Of a DNA stretch of 64,000 bases, positions 12,214 through 24,703 are shown one piece after another. Position numbers and translations under genes: made by a program. Every line of letters starts with the position of its first letter. Position 1 is the stretch's first letter. The stretch is taken from contig OX597820.1 of assembly GCA_951406725.2 (NCBI GenBank), forward strand, positions 6,138,001 through 6,202,000, read 5' to 3'. The DNA comes from Octopus vulgaris (lineage: Eukaryota). The notes beneath the pieces were generated by a model. The model worked only from the letters and a program-made list of their open reading frames with translations, did no database searches and had not been told where the DNA came from.

Positions 12214-12780
12214 GGTATTGTCTTTAGGTGAGTCGTTCCCTGCACTAACCATCAGACGGTCTCTTTTCTCCCCAGGGCATCACCCATCTGGAAAAGGTGA
12301 AAAGAAAAAGAAAACACCTTCGACCACTACCATTCCTCCAAACCATTAACAACAACAACAGTAGCAACAACAGCAACAGCAGCAGTAGCAACAGCATTAC
12401 CAGCAGTAATGTCAACCGTCACAACAACACTGGTTGATGTTTTTAGCTGCTCCATCGTATTCCGCTGACTTTAGAGTCCAGATGATGGATAAATATAAGC
12501 ATTCAGACATGCACGAATCTCTTCGAAATCTCATCTGGGGACGTCAGAGAAAGTTTGTCAGATTTTGAGACTTCAGGCACGATATCTTTCATATTGGATT
12601 TGCTTTTCAGTTTACTCCAAATCATTTCGGTATACTTTCCAGAAAAGACCTTCTACTTTATGTTTCATGTGGTCTAACACACATCATATATGTATATATA
12701 TATCAATACATACGTGTATGTGTATGTATAATTGCGCACATATATATATATATACACGCGCACACACACACATATTTTTT

Positions 12781-12997
12781 TTGTTCCAATCATTTGACTG
12801 CGGCCATGCTGGAGTACCGCCTTTAGTCGAGCAAATCGACCCCAGGACTTATTCTTTGTAAGCTTAGTACCTATTTTGTCGGTCCCTTTTGCCGAACCGC
12901 TAAGTTTACGGGGACGTAAGGTGCCAAGTAGTAGGACCAAATCAGGAACCATGTGGTTGGTAAGCAAGCTACTTACCACACAGCTACTTCTGCGCCT
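12781..12997 (-). mobile_element. Internally deleted SINE, family of 4998-5421
   Basis: Head and tail match; middle absent. Confidence 0.8.
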
Positions 12998-13027
12998 GTG
13001 TGTAAATATATATATGATATATGTGTG

Positions 13028-13070
<43 letters not shown>

Positions 13071-13320
13071 GTATATATACATATATATATACACATATAT
13101 ACGAGTACATAATCTTTGTCATACACGCAAACACAACTGCACACTACACATGCGCGTTGATGCACTCTCACACCTATTCACATCTTCAAGACGATATTAC
13201 GTTCAATATGAAATCAATCAAAACTGTACACCTTCCTTACTAGAATATTGTTAGAGATCGCAATAACAGATAAGTAGGTCTGCTTATACACACATGTATA
13301 CACATACAGACATGTGCGTG

Positions 13321-13352
<32 letters not shown>

Positions 13353-13487
13353 CGTGTAATGAATTGTTCATTGTGCAGTGTTTTTCTTGTGTGCCTATCG
13401 AATTTTAAGGATGTATGTATCTGTCTACCTATCTATGTACACACATATATTTACACATACATGAACATGCATACACATATATACATA

Positions 13488-13599
<112 letters not shown>

Positions 13600-15131
13600 C
13601 TCATTAACCATCCACGAAAACATCGTTTAAATAGCTACAAAATTTAGAGATGTTAACACTGTTGGACATACGAACTTACATATTAGAAACGTTCCTGGCA
13701 ACTGGTGCATCTACATCAATTGCTGGTAGGGAAAACTGATTTCGTTTGGCAACCGCAGTATAATGCCAAAGGTTTGTAGGTCAATGCTGTGTCCTCCTTT
13801 TCGTGTTATCAGAGCGATTCAATCACTTTTCAATTATCTTTACAATTCCATAGAAATTAGAGCCAACATTGAAAGTGGATATTTAAGCAATGTATTAAAT
13901 TAATGGGTTGGATGTGGTGCCAGAGAAAGAGCAATAACTCTTGAAATATGCATATACACCTATTTTTCTATATTCGATTGCATTATTTATAAAGACGTAT
14001 TCGTATACGAAATTCTTAACTTTCGCTGCAGGCTCTAAATTCAATACAACATCTATAGAGATCGCTTTAAAAATGATCGAATCGCACTGCTAACACAGCA
14101 TGAATCTACAGACCTTTAATATAGTTGACGGTGTTTTATGGCTGCAAGACGAAATACGGTGCCGGAACAACAACAACAACAACACACGAATGACAGGCAG
14201 GACACACACATGACGTGTATGCATATATATGTATATATGTACATACATATGTATTCATAAATATACATGAGTGTGTGTATACATATACACACATATATAC
14301 ACCCATACATACACACACACGCACACATACGCACTCACACACATTTTCCCTTCTTCAAGTACCGAATCTAAAGACATTTGTTACGAATTGTTATTTACAG
14401 AAAAGAACAACATAGAAATACATGAAACAACCAGAGCGCCATCTACACCAACAACAACAACGACAACAAAAATAACAAAAACGCCCATCAGAAAATATCA
14501 AAGTAAAGAAAGAAAGAAAGAAAGAATGAATGAAGGAAAGAAAGAAACTGTGAGAGAGGCGGAGATACAGAGTAATAGAGAGGGTGAGAGAGACGGAGAA
14601 ATCTAAATCAAATGCGAAAGGCGAAATGTCTGAGACAGATCTTGGAGGCATTATCAAACAATGAAAACGGTAAGAAATAATTTGACTTAAGCCACCTTGG
14701 TTCATAATTAAGTTAGTCCAATGTGGACAACCCATCATTTTATTGTCAGCTATTACTTATGGTGGTGGTCGTTCGGCGAGAAGATTGACGCAGCCATCTG
14801 ATTGGCTAAGCTCTAATTAATTTTGTTGTGGCACGTGTTTTCTCTTCCCAGCAAGCTTTGCAATTTTTTAAACCAATGTCTCAGCCTGTTTCCTTCGCTC
14901 TTTATTTCTCTCTCTCTCTCTCTGCCCCACCCCCAACTCTCTCCTCGCTTTTCTTTATAGCTCTCTAAATGTCTTTCTTCATACACCCTTCTCCTTCATC
15001 CCCCCTTCTCTGTGTTTCAGTTCATCTTCCTCTCTCTCTCTCTCTCTCTCTCTCTAATTATATATATATGCACAATCAAATATGTCCTGCTTTTACTCTC
15101 ATACATATATATATATACATATATATATATA

Positions 15132-15209
<78 letters not shown>

Positions 15210-16194
15210 CACACATATATATACACACATGCTTCTTGCATTCATCATGGCTTGATGTCTGAATAATTATCAATACACTTTTCTTTCACGTCACTCTCCC
15301 TCATTACACACACACACACACATGTCCAGCCAAGCCTCAAGCCTTTTCTCCTCCTTTTCCTTCCTTGGTTTGGTTGAAGGGTCAGTGCCCAGAGCGTTCG
15401 TAGACACTCCCTTCACCCCAAAGGCTCATGAGTTTGGTACATTTGATGTTCCACTTAAACCACCGCGAAAAGAGGATTACCGTAAGGACATGGGCAGGCA
15501 GGTCATTCCAGAGAGAGAGAGAGAGCAACGTTTTGGGGTGCGAAGGTCGGAGATAAGGATTACCACATGAAATGAGGTGTGGAAAAAAAATACGGGTGGG
15601 GAGAGGAAGAAAGACGAGTAGGTTAGGAGTGACTGGGTGGAAGAGATACGAATCTAGTTAAATCTAAAGAGCAGAGACAATTGTATTAGTGGCAGGAAAC
15701 ACAGAGAAAAGATACGACGCATCTGTAGAGCTGAATATGAAACCTGTCTGTCAGGGATTTCGCACCAATCCGCCGAAAGGATTTTCTTCAGATGTGCTCT
15801 ACGTTGAGCAGTGAGCAGTGCGACGAATGTAGGCCGAAACTTCGAAGGCACTGTCAACCGTCTTCTTCTAAAAGTTTTATAAATATTATAATTTGTCATT
15901 ATTTTGTTAAATTCATCGGTCAGGGTGTAAATGGCTGACGAGTCACATGTCGAAGCGCTACTGTCCCGGAATCTTTCACTCGTCGTAAAAAAGAGGTTTC
16001 CAATGAGGAATACTGCAACGATTAGCATATCCGCGTTCGAATCTTTCCGAACTTATTCAGAAGAAATAGGCAAGCCATCGTTAAAGAAATATGAACATTT
16101 CTTTAATCTAATGTTCAATAGTTTTTATTTTAACTTGACATTGAAAATAAACATTTATACATAAAATATATTGACGTGTGTGTATGTATGTTAT

Positions 16195-16297
16195 TGTTCA
16201 GTTTTATTTCAAGATTTCTTTCCAATAGAGAAAGAACCGGTTTCTAACCTAGATCCAAGGCTCCTTCATCGGAATTTCAACATCAACAAGAGGGTAT
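16195..16297 (-). mobile_element. ~100-bp repeat with hammerhead-like motif (CCGAUGA variant)
   Basis: Near-identical to 44719-44822; minus strand CCGAUGA..AGCCU(uggaucu)AGGUU-a-GAAACCGGUU. Confidence 0.6.
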
Positions 16298-16865
16298 TTT
16301 TGTATGTATATATGTATGCATGAATTCATGAATGTATGGATGTCTATTTATCATTCTACAAACACACACATACACATCAGTGAATGTGTGTGTGTGTGTG
16401 TGTGTGTGTGTTACACATACATAAAAACGGAAAATAAAGACAAAAGCAAGCTGCGAAAAATCCTTGACTCTTTAATTAATGAAGTCTATAAAATAATTAT
16501 AAAGATGGTGGAAAGGTTGGCGAGTTGGGGGGACGAGTGAGTATGCGGGTGTTGTGATGGTAGAGTAGGTGGTTGTGGTGGGGGTGATGTTGATGATGAT
16601 GGCTACAGGGGCGGAGAGAAGGGAGTCAGGCGACGTGAAGTTATACGTTAATGAAATTAATAGAATCAGAACGGAAATTGATTGGTTTGGTGATGGTGAC
16701 GGTCTTCATGAAAAAGAGATGCGATAGAGATGTTGGTGATGTTGATGATGGTAGTGGTGGTGGTGGTGGTACTGGCGGTGGCGCTGGTGGTGGTGGCCGC
16801 GGCGGTGGTTGTTGTATTTGTTTGTTTTAATGGTTAATTAGTGGTGTAGCGATATTTCTGAATGT

Positions 16866-17095
16866 TGGCGGCAAGTGGCAGAATCGTTAGAATGCCGGAC
16901 AAAATGCTTAGCTGTAATTTCTTTCGCTTTCATGTTCTGAGTTCAAATTCCACCGCGGTCGATTCTGTCCTTCATCTCTTTCGTGTTCGATAAAGCACGT
17001 ACCAGTGAACTACTGGGGTCGATGTAATCGACTTAATTTCCACCCCTTCAAAAACAATTCAAGTGTTTTGCCATATTGCCCTAAAGGGGAAACAA
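16866..17095 (+). mobile_element. Nin/Deu-like SINE
   Basis: GGCGGCAAGTGGCAGAATCGTTAG..GAGTTCAAATTCC..GGGGTCGATGTAATCGACT. Confidence 0.75.
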
Positions 17096-17304
17096 ATATT
17101 TCTGAATGTTGTTGCATGTTATTTAACCCCAGGTCAATCTTGAATGAGTTAAACCTATGATTAAAATCCATGGCCATCCAGTCTGTTTAGTCTGGGGCTA
17201 AATGGACCAGAAAACAATAAGGTCCGAATAGAATTGGCTGCTTTTTCTAGCAGATCCAGCTACCATGTAGGAGCTTCCTCGTTATTTGTTGTTGTTGTTG
17301 CTGC

Positions 17305-17689
17305 TGTTTGTTTGTTTGTTTATTGAGCAAAGCGGTCTTCGTCCCGTCTGTAGTGGGAGAAGTCCGAAACGTGGTTCTTTGCTATTCATAAGACCCGCTG
17401 AAGAGAAAGCAGGTCAACCACCCGACACCGAGAGCATCGACGGATGGATGAATGAATGCGCATCCAGGCTCAGCGGTTGCGTAGGAAGTCGGGGACAAGA
17501 AACAGGAAGAAAGAGTGAGAGAAAGTTGTAGCGGAAGAGTACAACAGGGGTCGCCACCACCCCCTGCCGGAGCCACGTGCGCTTTAGGTGTTTTCACTCA
17601 ATAAACACACACAACACCCGGTCTGGGAATCGAAACCGCAATCCTCCGACCGCGAGTCCGCTGCCCTAACTACTGGGCCATTGCGCCTC
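17305..17689 (-). mobile_element. tRNA-derived SINE (GGAGGCGCAATGG head), tail type B
   Basis: Head matches 11082-11267; tail matches the 27040-27392 copy; (AAAC)n end. Confidence 0.85.
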
Positions 17690-18477
17690 TTGTTGCTGCT
17701 GTAGTTGTTGTTGCTGTTACTATTGTCGTTTTATTTTTTAGTCACACTTGAGTGAATAGTTTCTCTAACACATAATTCAGGAAATCAACCAGGTGTGACG
17801 CACCGCCACCGCCACAATATGTCAACTATCCCACCGTGCCTCCCCAACAGTTGTGCACCAGATTGCACCTTGTAACTTACACACATTTATAATACAGACT
17901 GCAGTGTTGCAATCATACATTTCACCTATCCCCACCTCATACTCTTCCGTGACCACCACCACCAAAACTATATATTATATAAGTTTTATTAGGGACCGCA
18001 AAAAAATCTGAGTTGTTTTTGTTGCGTAAAACATGTTGGGGGCGGGGGTGACATCTTAGTACAATGTGTATGCATGCATGTCCATATGAGTGTGTGCATG
18101 TGTATATGTGCGTGTGTATGCGTTTATGTGGGTATATGTATAAGTGCATATATGCATGTGCGTGTGTGTATGTGTGTATTTGTTTATGTGTTTGTGATGT
18201 ATGATGCTTGTGTATGTTTGCCTGTTGCATGTTTCTATATAGGTGCATATTATACATATATATATATATGTATCATTGTATGGGTGTGTAAGTATGTATG
18301 TCTGTGCGTTGGTGCGTGTATGTGCGTATATGTATATGTAAGTATATGTATGTATGCGCTTGTATGTTTGTGGTTGTGTATGCGTATGCAAGTATGTGTG
18401 TATTAGTATGTGAGAGGTGTGTGTGATTGCATTTGTCTATGTATGTTTGTGTATGAATGTGTGTACTTTGGTTTACC

Positions 18478-18511
<34 letters not shown>

Positions 18512-19261
18512 TTTGTAATGAAGATATGGAGGCAGCTATTTCTGTGTGAATCTGGTTTTTCTGCATCGGCTGAAAATAATGACAGAAATCCTATTCTTCA
18601 AACGGTATCGTCGAAGTGTTTTGGGTGAGAGTTTAGCCCCAGGTCAGTCCCGTTCCACCAGTCCTGTAGCACACATAAACACGGAGGGCCGGCCAAACGA
18701 CGAAGAGAGCCCTATTGATCCGTGACTCACTGCAACACCGGAAGTACTAAAAAAAAACTATTGAAATGTTAACTCACCATACAATACTGTGGTTTCTGGC
18801 CGGAAGGTGCCGCCACTAGGTAAATATAGTCGCCTTCTTCCCATCCGCCCCAACAATCAAGTCGAACCGCTGCAATACACAAGAAATAGAAACAGATTTA
18901 AGCATTATTATTATTATCTTCGTTGTTGGCAAGCTGGCAGAATCGGTAGAGCGTCGGGAAAAAAAAATGCCTTGTGGTATTTTGTTTCGGTTATTTGCCT
19001 TCTCATCACTTCGGGGTCGTTAAAGTACAGAACCAGTGAAATACTGCTAGGTCTATTGTATGGACTCACAAAAATCGCTGAACAAAAACCATTAGATGAT
19101 GATGATGATGGTGATGATGGTGGTGGTGGTGGTGGTGACGATGACGATGATGATGACAACGACAATTCTGCTGAAACAACAGCAATAATAATTTTGTGCT
19201 CTGTTATAAGAACAATGCTGTAAATTAGTAGACTCATAATCCTAAATTAAAAGAAGTTACT

Positions 19262-20165
19262 ATTTAGGTGCCGGGAGATGTGGGCACCTGGCACCTAGAA
19301 TGTCGTAAGGCTCTCGCAGCCCCAGTCGGGCAATGGAATCGGTGGATGTTCCGATTTAGAAGTTTATAAAGGATTTAGTGGCGGGAAAGTGCAACGACAT
19401 TCTCTGGAAGACTCTGGGCGCCGACGAGAACGAACTGACAAGTCTGTTCCGGAGGACATTCCGGTCGGGAAATATCATGGATAATCTCCAGATGTCCTTG
19501 GCCTGGCAGTGCTACAAGGGTGGGGATGGCGCGCGACCGGTCTGAGATAAACTATATGGGCACGGATGTGCGGTTAGACGGACTTGTCCGAGGTGCACGC
19601 AGAGTGAGGGAACCGTTCTCATGCACTTGTTCACAGTCCAGGCCTTGCTCACTTGGCGAACAGCTGCTGTCATAAGCGGGACAGATCTGTCTATCGGCCG
19701 AGTCAATTAGTGATGATTGCCCCCACCACCCACCTTTAATCGGACAGGCAAGGCAGTTCTTTTCCTGATGGCTGTGGAGAAAGAGGTTGTCTAGCAGACA
19801 AGGCTGAATGGCATGAGGACAGTTACATTCTTGTTTTGTAGAATTCTCATTTACTTCTTGGAGTTTCATTTAAAAGGAAATTGAGAGTGGAGAGGGAAGT
19901 GCTGTCCTCGAGTGAGTTTATAGAAAGGTGGGTGAAAGTTGCAGAAATGGCAAGAGTGAATTGTATCTCCTTAAGTGTAGAACTCTGAATCGGAGAGGGC
20001 ACCTGCTCCAAGGGTTTCAGGAAAATCTCGGTGAGTGGAGTTCTTCGATTATCCCTTGAGGTCATCCTGTATCCGGAGGGCTGCATCTCTATCATCCTCT
20101 CCTCGCCTTCTTTCACTTTAAACCTTTGTATACTACGTACATTTCCCTTCCTTTATTTTGTATAC
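19262..20165 (+). mobile_element. Old diverged Tx1/L1-like LINE 3' fragment
   Basis: GCCTGGCAGTGCTAC..GATAAACTATATGGGCACGG..TGTCCGAGGTGC..ACCGTTCT homologous to the zinc-finger region at 32901-33030. Confidence 0.75.
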
Positions 20166-20187
20166 CGTGTATACATACATTTCGCTC

Positions 20188-20422
20188 TCAGGATCGTTAA
20201 CAGGCCGGGCGAAATACTTAGTGGTATTTCGTCTGCCGCTACGACCTGAGTTCAAATTCCACCGAGGTCGACTTTGCCTTCCATCCTTTCGGGGTCGATA
20301 TATTAAGTACCAGTTACGCACTGGGGTCGATATAATGGACTTAATCCATGTGCCTGTCCTTGTTCGTCTCTTCTGTGTTTAGCACCCTTGTGGATAGTAA
20401 AGAAATAGGTATTTCGTCTGCC
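20188..20422 (+). mobile_element. Nin/Deu-like SINE, ends by re-entering its internal unit start
   Basis: Same subfamily as 11800-12213; ends GAAATA-GGTATTTCGTCTGCC. Confidence 0.85.
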
Positions 20423-20429
20423 CTTTTCA

Positions 20430-20592
20430 GTTGTCTAATAATTTCCTGATTATTCTGGCCGTGCCAAGGAGGCAAACCTTTGTAACAGTTCTACTGGGCA
20501 CTCTTTTCCAATTTCCTTTATATTCCTCTTGATGCCTTCTGATTCTGTTCCCAAGGACCCAACAATAGTTGGTACTGTCTTCACCTTCTTCA
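20430..20592 (-). mobile_element. R4/Dong-like LINE C-terminal fragment
   Basis: MKKVKTVPTIVGSLGT..LLQ, then after a frameshift GTARIIRKLL; parallels IPIIVGALG..LLGTAHILRR at 37722-38075. Confidence 0.7.
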
Positions 20593-23404
20593 TTTTCCGT
20601 GGCAAGATGGCTGAATTGTTAGCGTTTCGGACAAAATGCTTAATGCCATACACATACACATACATACAAACATACATACATACACACACACATACATACA
20701 TACACACACATACATACACATAAATACACACACATATATACACACACATACATACATATATACACACACATACATACATACATACACACACTCATATACA
20801 CACATACATACATAAGTTAATAGATATTTAAGTTGATACTCTTAACGATATTTTGCCCAGTCTCTGACGATAATGACGAGAAGGAACACATTGTATAATG
20901 TAGTCCTGGATACACTGTGGCTGAATAAACCGATCGAATTGTCATAGCTAGAACATAGAAGATAATACGTCTTGTGGCTAAGGAGTGACTCAGGGCAAGA
21001 CAACTAGGAAAACATATTGAAGAATGTAGTTCTAGATAGACCGTGCCTGAAAGAATGATGAAATAATATAGGATGGGGTTCATTTTGATAAAATCAAATC
21101 CAAGTCGAATTACGGATATTCGACGACAGCAACAAGGAACTGAGTTTTAAAGGGGATAATTCCAATGAAGGAGAGTTATGTCATCGTTGCCAACCGTGCT
21201 TCAACTCTGATTAAAAGTTTAAACCGAACTCTCTAATAATTGCTGAAGAATCATATAAAATAAATGTTCAAAACTGTCTTAGTGTTCGTGATGTCTTTAA
21301 TTAGTTGTGACAACCCCAATTAGTTGTGACGTCCATAATTAACTGCGACGGGTCCTATTAAGCTCGTGCTTGATAAAGTTAAAATATGCAAGATTAAGTG
21401 AAAATTTTGATTATTTATTTATTAACATCAACAATTATTGTGAGGTTTGCACTTAAAATACCATTGGTGACCCTCGATGATGAATAATTTCACTTGGATT
21501 ATCAAAATTATTTGTATTTTCCTCGTGTTTGTGGTTAGAATCTCTGTTGGCGATTGATGAAGACCAACCTTCGTTTGGCTAACAGAATTGTTAATTGTAT
21601 ATTACTAATGCCCACACTTTTAAAATCTTTTGGACATTCTGCTCGGATGGAACGTTGTGACTCATACGCTATGGAAACCGGGTAACCGGACTTGTGAGTA
21701 TTCCCAGGACTTGAACCAGTAATATCCAGGGATTGATAATGGTGATGATTCCTGGAGACCAATGTTCTTTGGTCTATCAAAATTATTGTTGTATATTCCC
21801 CATGTCTTCATTTACAGTTATTAACAATTCCTGGCGATTAACCTTCCTTTAGTTACCAAAATTGCACCGCAAAATCAAAATTTCTGTTAATGAGAACCTA
21901 TTGAAATGCCCTGATAAAAATAGTAGTAGAAGTCCCTTTGAAATAAAAAAAAATACGAGGCGGCACCTTAGATAATGTAGTCCCAGGTCTTCACAAAAAT
22001 ACTGGGTTGTCACGGCGAGAATCCCTTTATGCATGCGTCTGCGAGCATCAGAATTGATCTGGTGTTTAACGTCAATGTTTACTGTATTCCTGGTTACGGT
22101 TTAACTCCACTTCCCAACCTCGCTCATCTCTAGTAGTCATCTGCTAGGCAAATGGTGTTGGTGTGGTTATGTCTCCATGACTTAGCGGTTCAGTTAAAGA
22201 AAGATCGACAGAATAAGTACCAGGCTCAAAAATAAAAATGAAAAAGCCCTGGGGTCGATTCATTGTTTAAGGTGGTGCCCCAGTATGGCCCAGTACGAAT
22301 GAAAGAAGTAAAGGATAAAAGATAAGACTGATATCGAAACTCGTCGTCTGTTCAATAATCTTTCGTTGATTGTTTGCTAAATATGAACATTTCTCATGAC
22401 CGATGCCTCGAGAGAATCTTGTGACCAGTTCTAACGGTCTTCGGAATATTGTGTGGTGAATATTCCTTGAATATTGCTTAAGGTAATCTGTAAAATGGTA
22501 CGAGTGACATTAACACGTATGTATATGTGTGTGTGTATGTATGTATGTATGTATGTATATATAGGTATGTACATATATATATGTGTGTATGTATATATAT
22601 GTATGTATGTATGTACATATAAATGTATGTATGTACGTACATAAATATGTACGAGTGTGTGTGTATGTAGATATGTATGTACGTATATATATATATATAT
22701 GTGTGTATGTATATATGTGTATGTATATACATATATATGTATGTATGTATGTACATAAATATGTACGAGTGTGTGTGTATGTAGATGTGGGTGTATGTAG
22801 ATATATGTGTATGCATATATATATATATATATAGATAGATAGATACACACATACATACACATATATATACATACACACACATACTCATACATAATTATCA
22901 TTATATATATACATACAAATCTATCTACATGTATTTATCTGTGTGTATCTGTGTGCGTATGTGTGCATTAGTGTGTATATGCGTATGTGTGTTCATGTGC
23001 TTCGTTATAAGTGTGTATATGTGGCCGTATATATTCCGTGTGTTCGTCTCTCTCTCTGCCTACGCATCTTTGTGTGTGCCAGGGGCCATGTGACTCAGAA
23101 AGACAATTATGGAGAATCACACAATAAATATTCAAAAGTTACCATTTGCTAAGAGAATCTGACAAGTTTAACAGAAGAAGGCGAAGTCTTCATCGTTGCA
23201 ATTCCATCAAAGCTACTACCATGTTATGGAAGCTATGAAAATGGTGACCTTACAGTTTGGTGGAATCTTCTCTATCATCATTGCTAATTCTAACCAAATA
23301 GCAAGACAACTGAAGAATACAAATAACCATAAAAGCATTAACACCGCAAAGAGAAGCATCAACACCCATAGACATCACTTTACCGTCAGCGCTATGAAGC
23401 ATGC

Positions 23405-24270
23405 TCGTCGTCGTCGTCGTCATCATCATCATCGACATCATTATCATCATCAACGACATCTTCACCACCACCACCATCACACACCACCACCGTTGTCTTC
23501 ACCATCATTATCATCATCATCATCAACGACATCATCATCGACATTTTCACCACCACCACTACCACCACCACCACCACCACCACCACCAAAACCACCACCA
23601 CCACCACCACCACCACAACCACCACCACAAACCACCACCACCACCACCACCACCACCACCACCACCACCACCACCACCACCACCACCACCACCACCACCA
23701 CCAACACCACCACCAAAACCACCAACACCACCACCAAAACCACCACAACCGTCTTCGCCGTCTTCCTCATCATGGTCATCATCATCATCATCATCATCAT
23801 CATCGACATCATCATCATCGACATCTTCACCACCACCACCACCACCACAACCCCCCACCACCACCGTCGTCGTCTTCGCTGTCTTCATCACCATGGTCGT
23901 CATCATTCCCATTTTCATCGTCGTCATCGTCGTGTACGTTATTATCACCCTCTTTGCTCTCCTTCTTCAACTCTTGTACTCCTCTCTTACTACTACTACT
24001 ACTACTACACAGTTGCACCCACGCCATCATCATCATCACCAGCCGCCGCAACAGCAGCAGTAGCAGCAGCAGCAACAGGAGCGGCAGCGTTACACCCAAC
24101 AACTTTAACAGCTAAACAACCACCCCCACCCCCACCACCATCACCACCCCCACCACCCCCACCATCACCACCATCACCACCACCACAACCACCGCCGCCA
24201 CCACCACCACCATCACCACCATCACCACCACCACCACCACCACCGCCACCACCACCACCACCACCACCAC
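23405..24270. repeat. Compound trinucleotide repeat (CCA/CAT/CGT/CTA/GCA)
   Basis: Direct inspection. Confidence 0.95.
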
Positions 24271-24299
24271 CTAACCACTGGGCCATTGCGCCTCCACAA

Positions 24300-24349
<50 letters not shown>

Positions 24350-24350
<1 letters not shown>

Positions 24351-24398
24351 CTTCTACAGGACTAGAACTGTTTCATTCAAGAGAAATCTTCAGGAAGC
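24350..24398 (-). ncRNA. Type I hammerhead ribozyme, solo in (TA)n
   Basis: GCUUC-CUGAAGA-uUUC(ucuu)GAAu-GAAACAG(uucuaguc)CUGUA^GAAGC: stem I GCUUC/GAAGC, stem III ACAG/CUGU. Confidence 0.8.
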
Positions 24399-24432
24399 AC
24401 ATATATATATATATATACTGTTGTGTCTTTTT

Positions 24433-24554
24433 GTGCCTTATAATTTAACACACTCACCGGTAAAATTTCCACTTATTTCATATTTTAATTTTTATTTTCC
24501 TAAATTAAGAAATAAGTGGAAATTTTACTGCTGATGTGTTACATTATAAGGCAC
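24433..24554. repeat. Imperfect ~46-bp inverted repeat within a (TA)n-flanked element
   Basis: GTGCCTTATAAT..GTAAAATTTCCACTTATTTC vs GAAATAAGTGGAAATTTTAC..ATTATAAGGCAC. Confidence 0.85.
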
Positions 24555-24643
24555 TAAAATAGAATGACTCTCCCCAGACACAACAAAATATACTTCAACA
24601 CACGAATTCACATAAAGAATCTTGGAAACCGAATCCATAAACG

Positions 24644-24702
<59 letters not shown>

Positions 24703-24703
<1 letters not shown>

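Noticed and set aside
15816-15960. Plus-strand hammerhead-like strings (CAGTG-CGACGA..GAAACTTCGAAG-GCACTG; CTGACGA..GAAGC)
   Set aside because: Core incomplete, stem II does not pair, no NUH triplet; kept only as a caveat to the strand-bias finding
17345-17380. GGA(gaag)TCC-GAAAC-gtg-GT(T/C) antisense to SINE tail B
   Set aside because: No CUGANGA in either copy
21290-22050. Possible DNA transposon relic with short AATTAGTTGTGAC repeats and a faint MULE-like NN..EGW string
   Set aside because: No matching terminus or continuous motif; cannot be supported without a search
23196-24365. 389-aa Pro/Thr/His-rich ORF resembling an extensin or formin
   Set aside because: Translation of trinucleotide repeats that are open in several frames on both strands; it ends in a SINE fragment and (CA)n(TA)n
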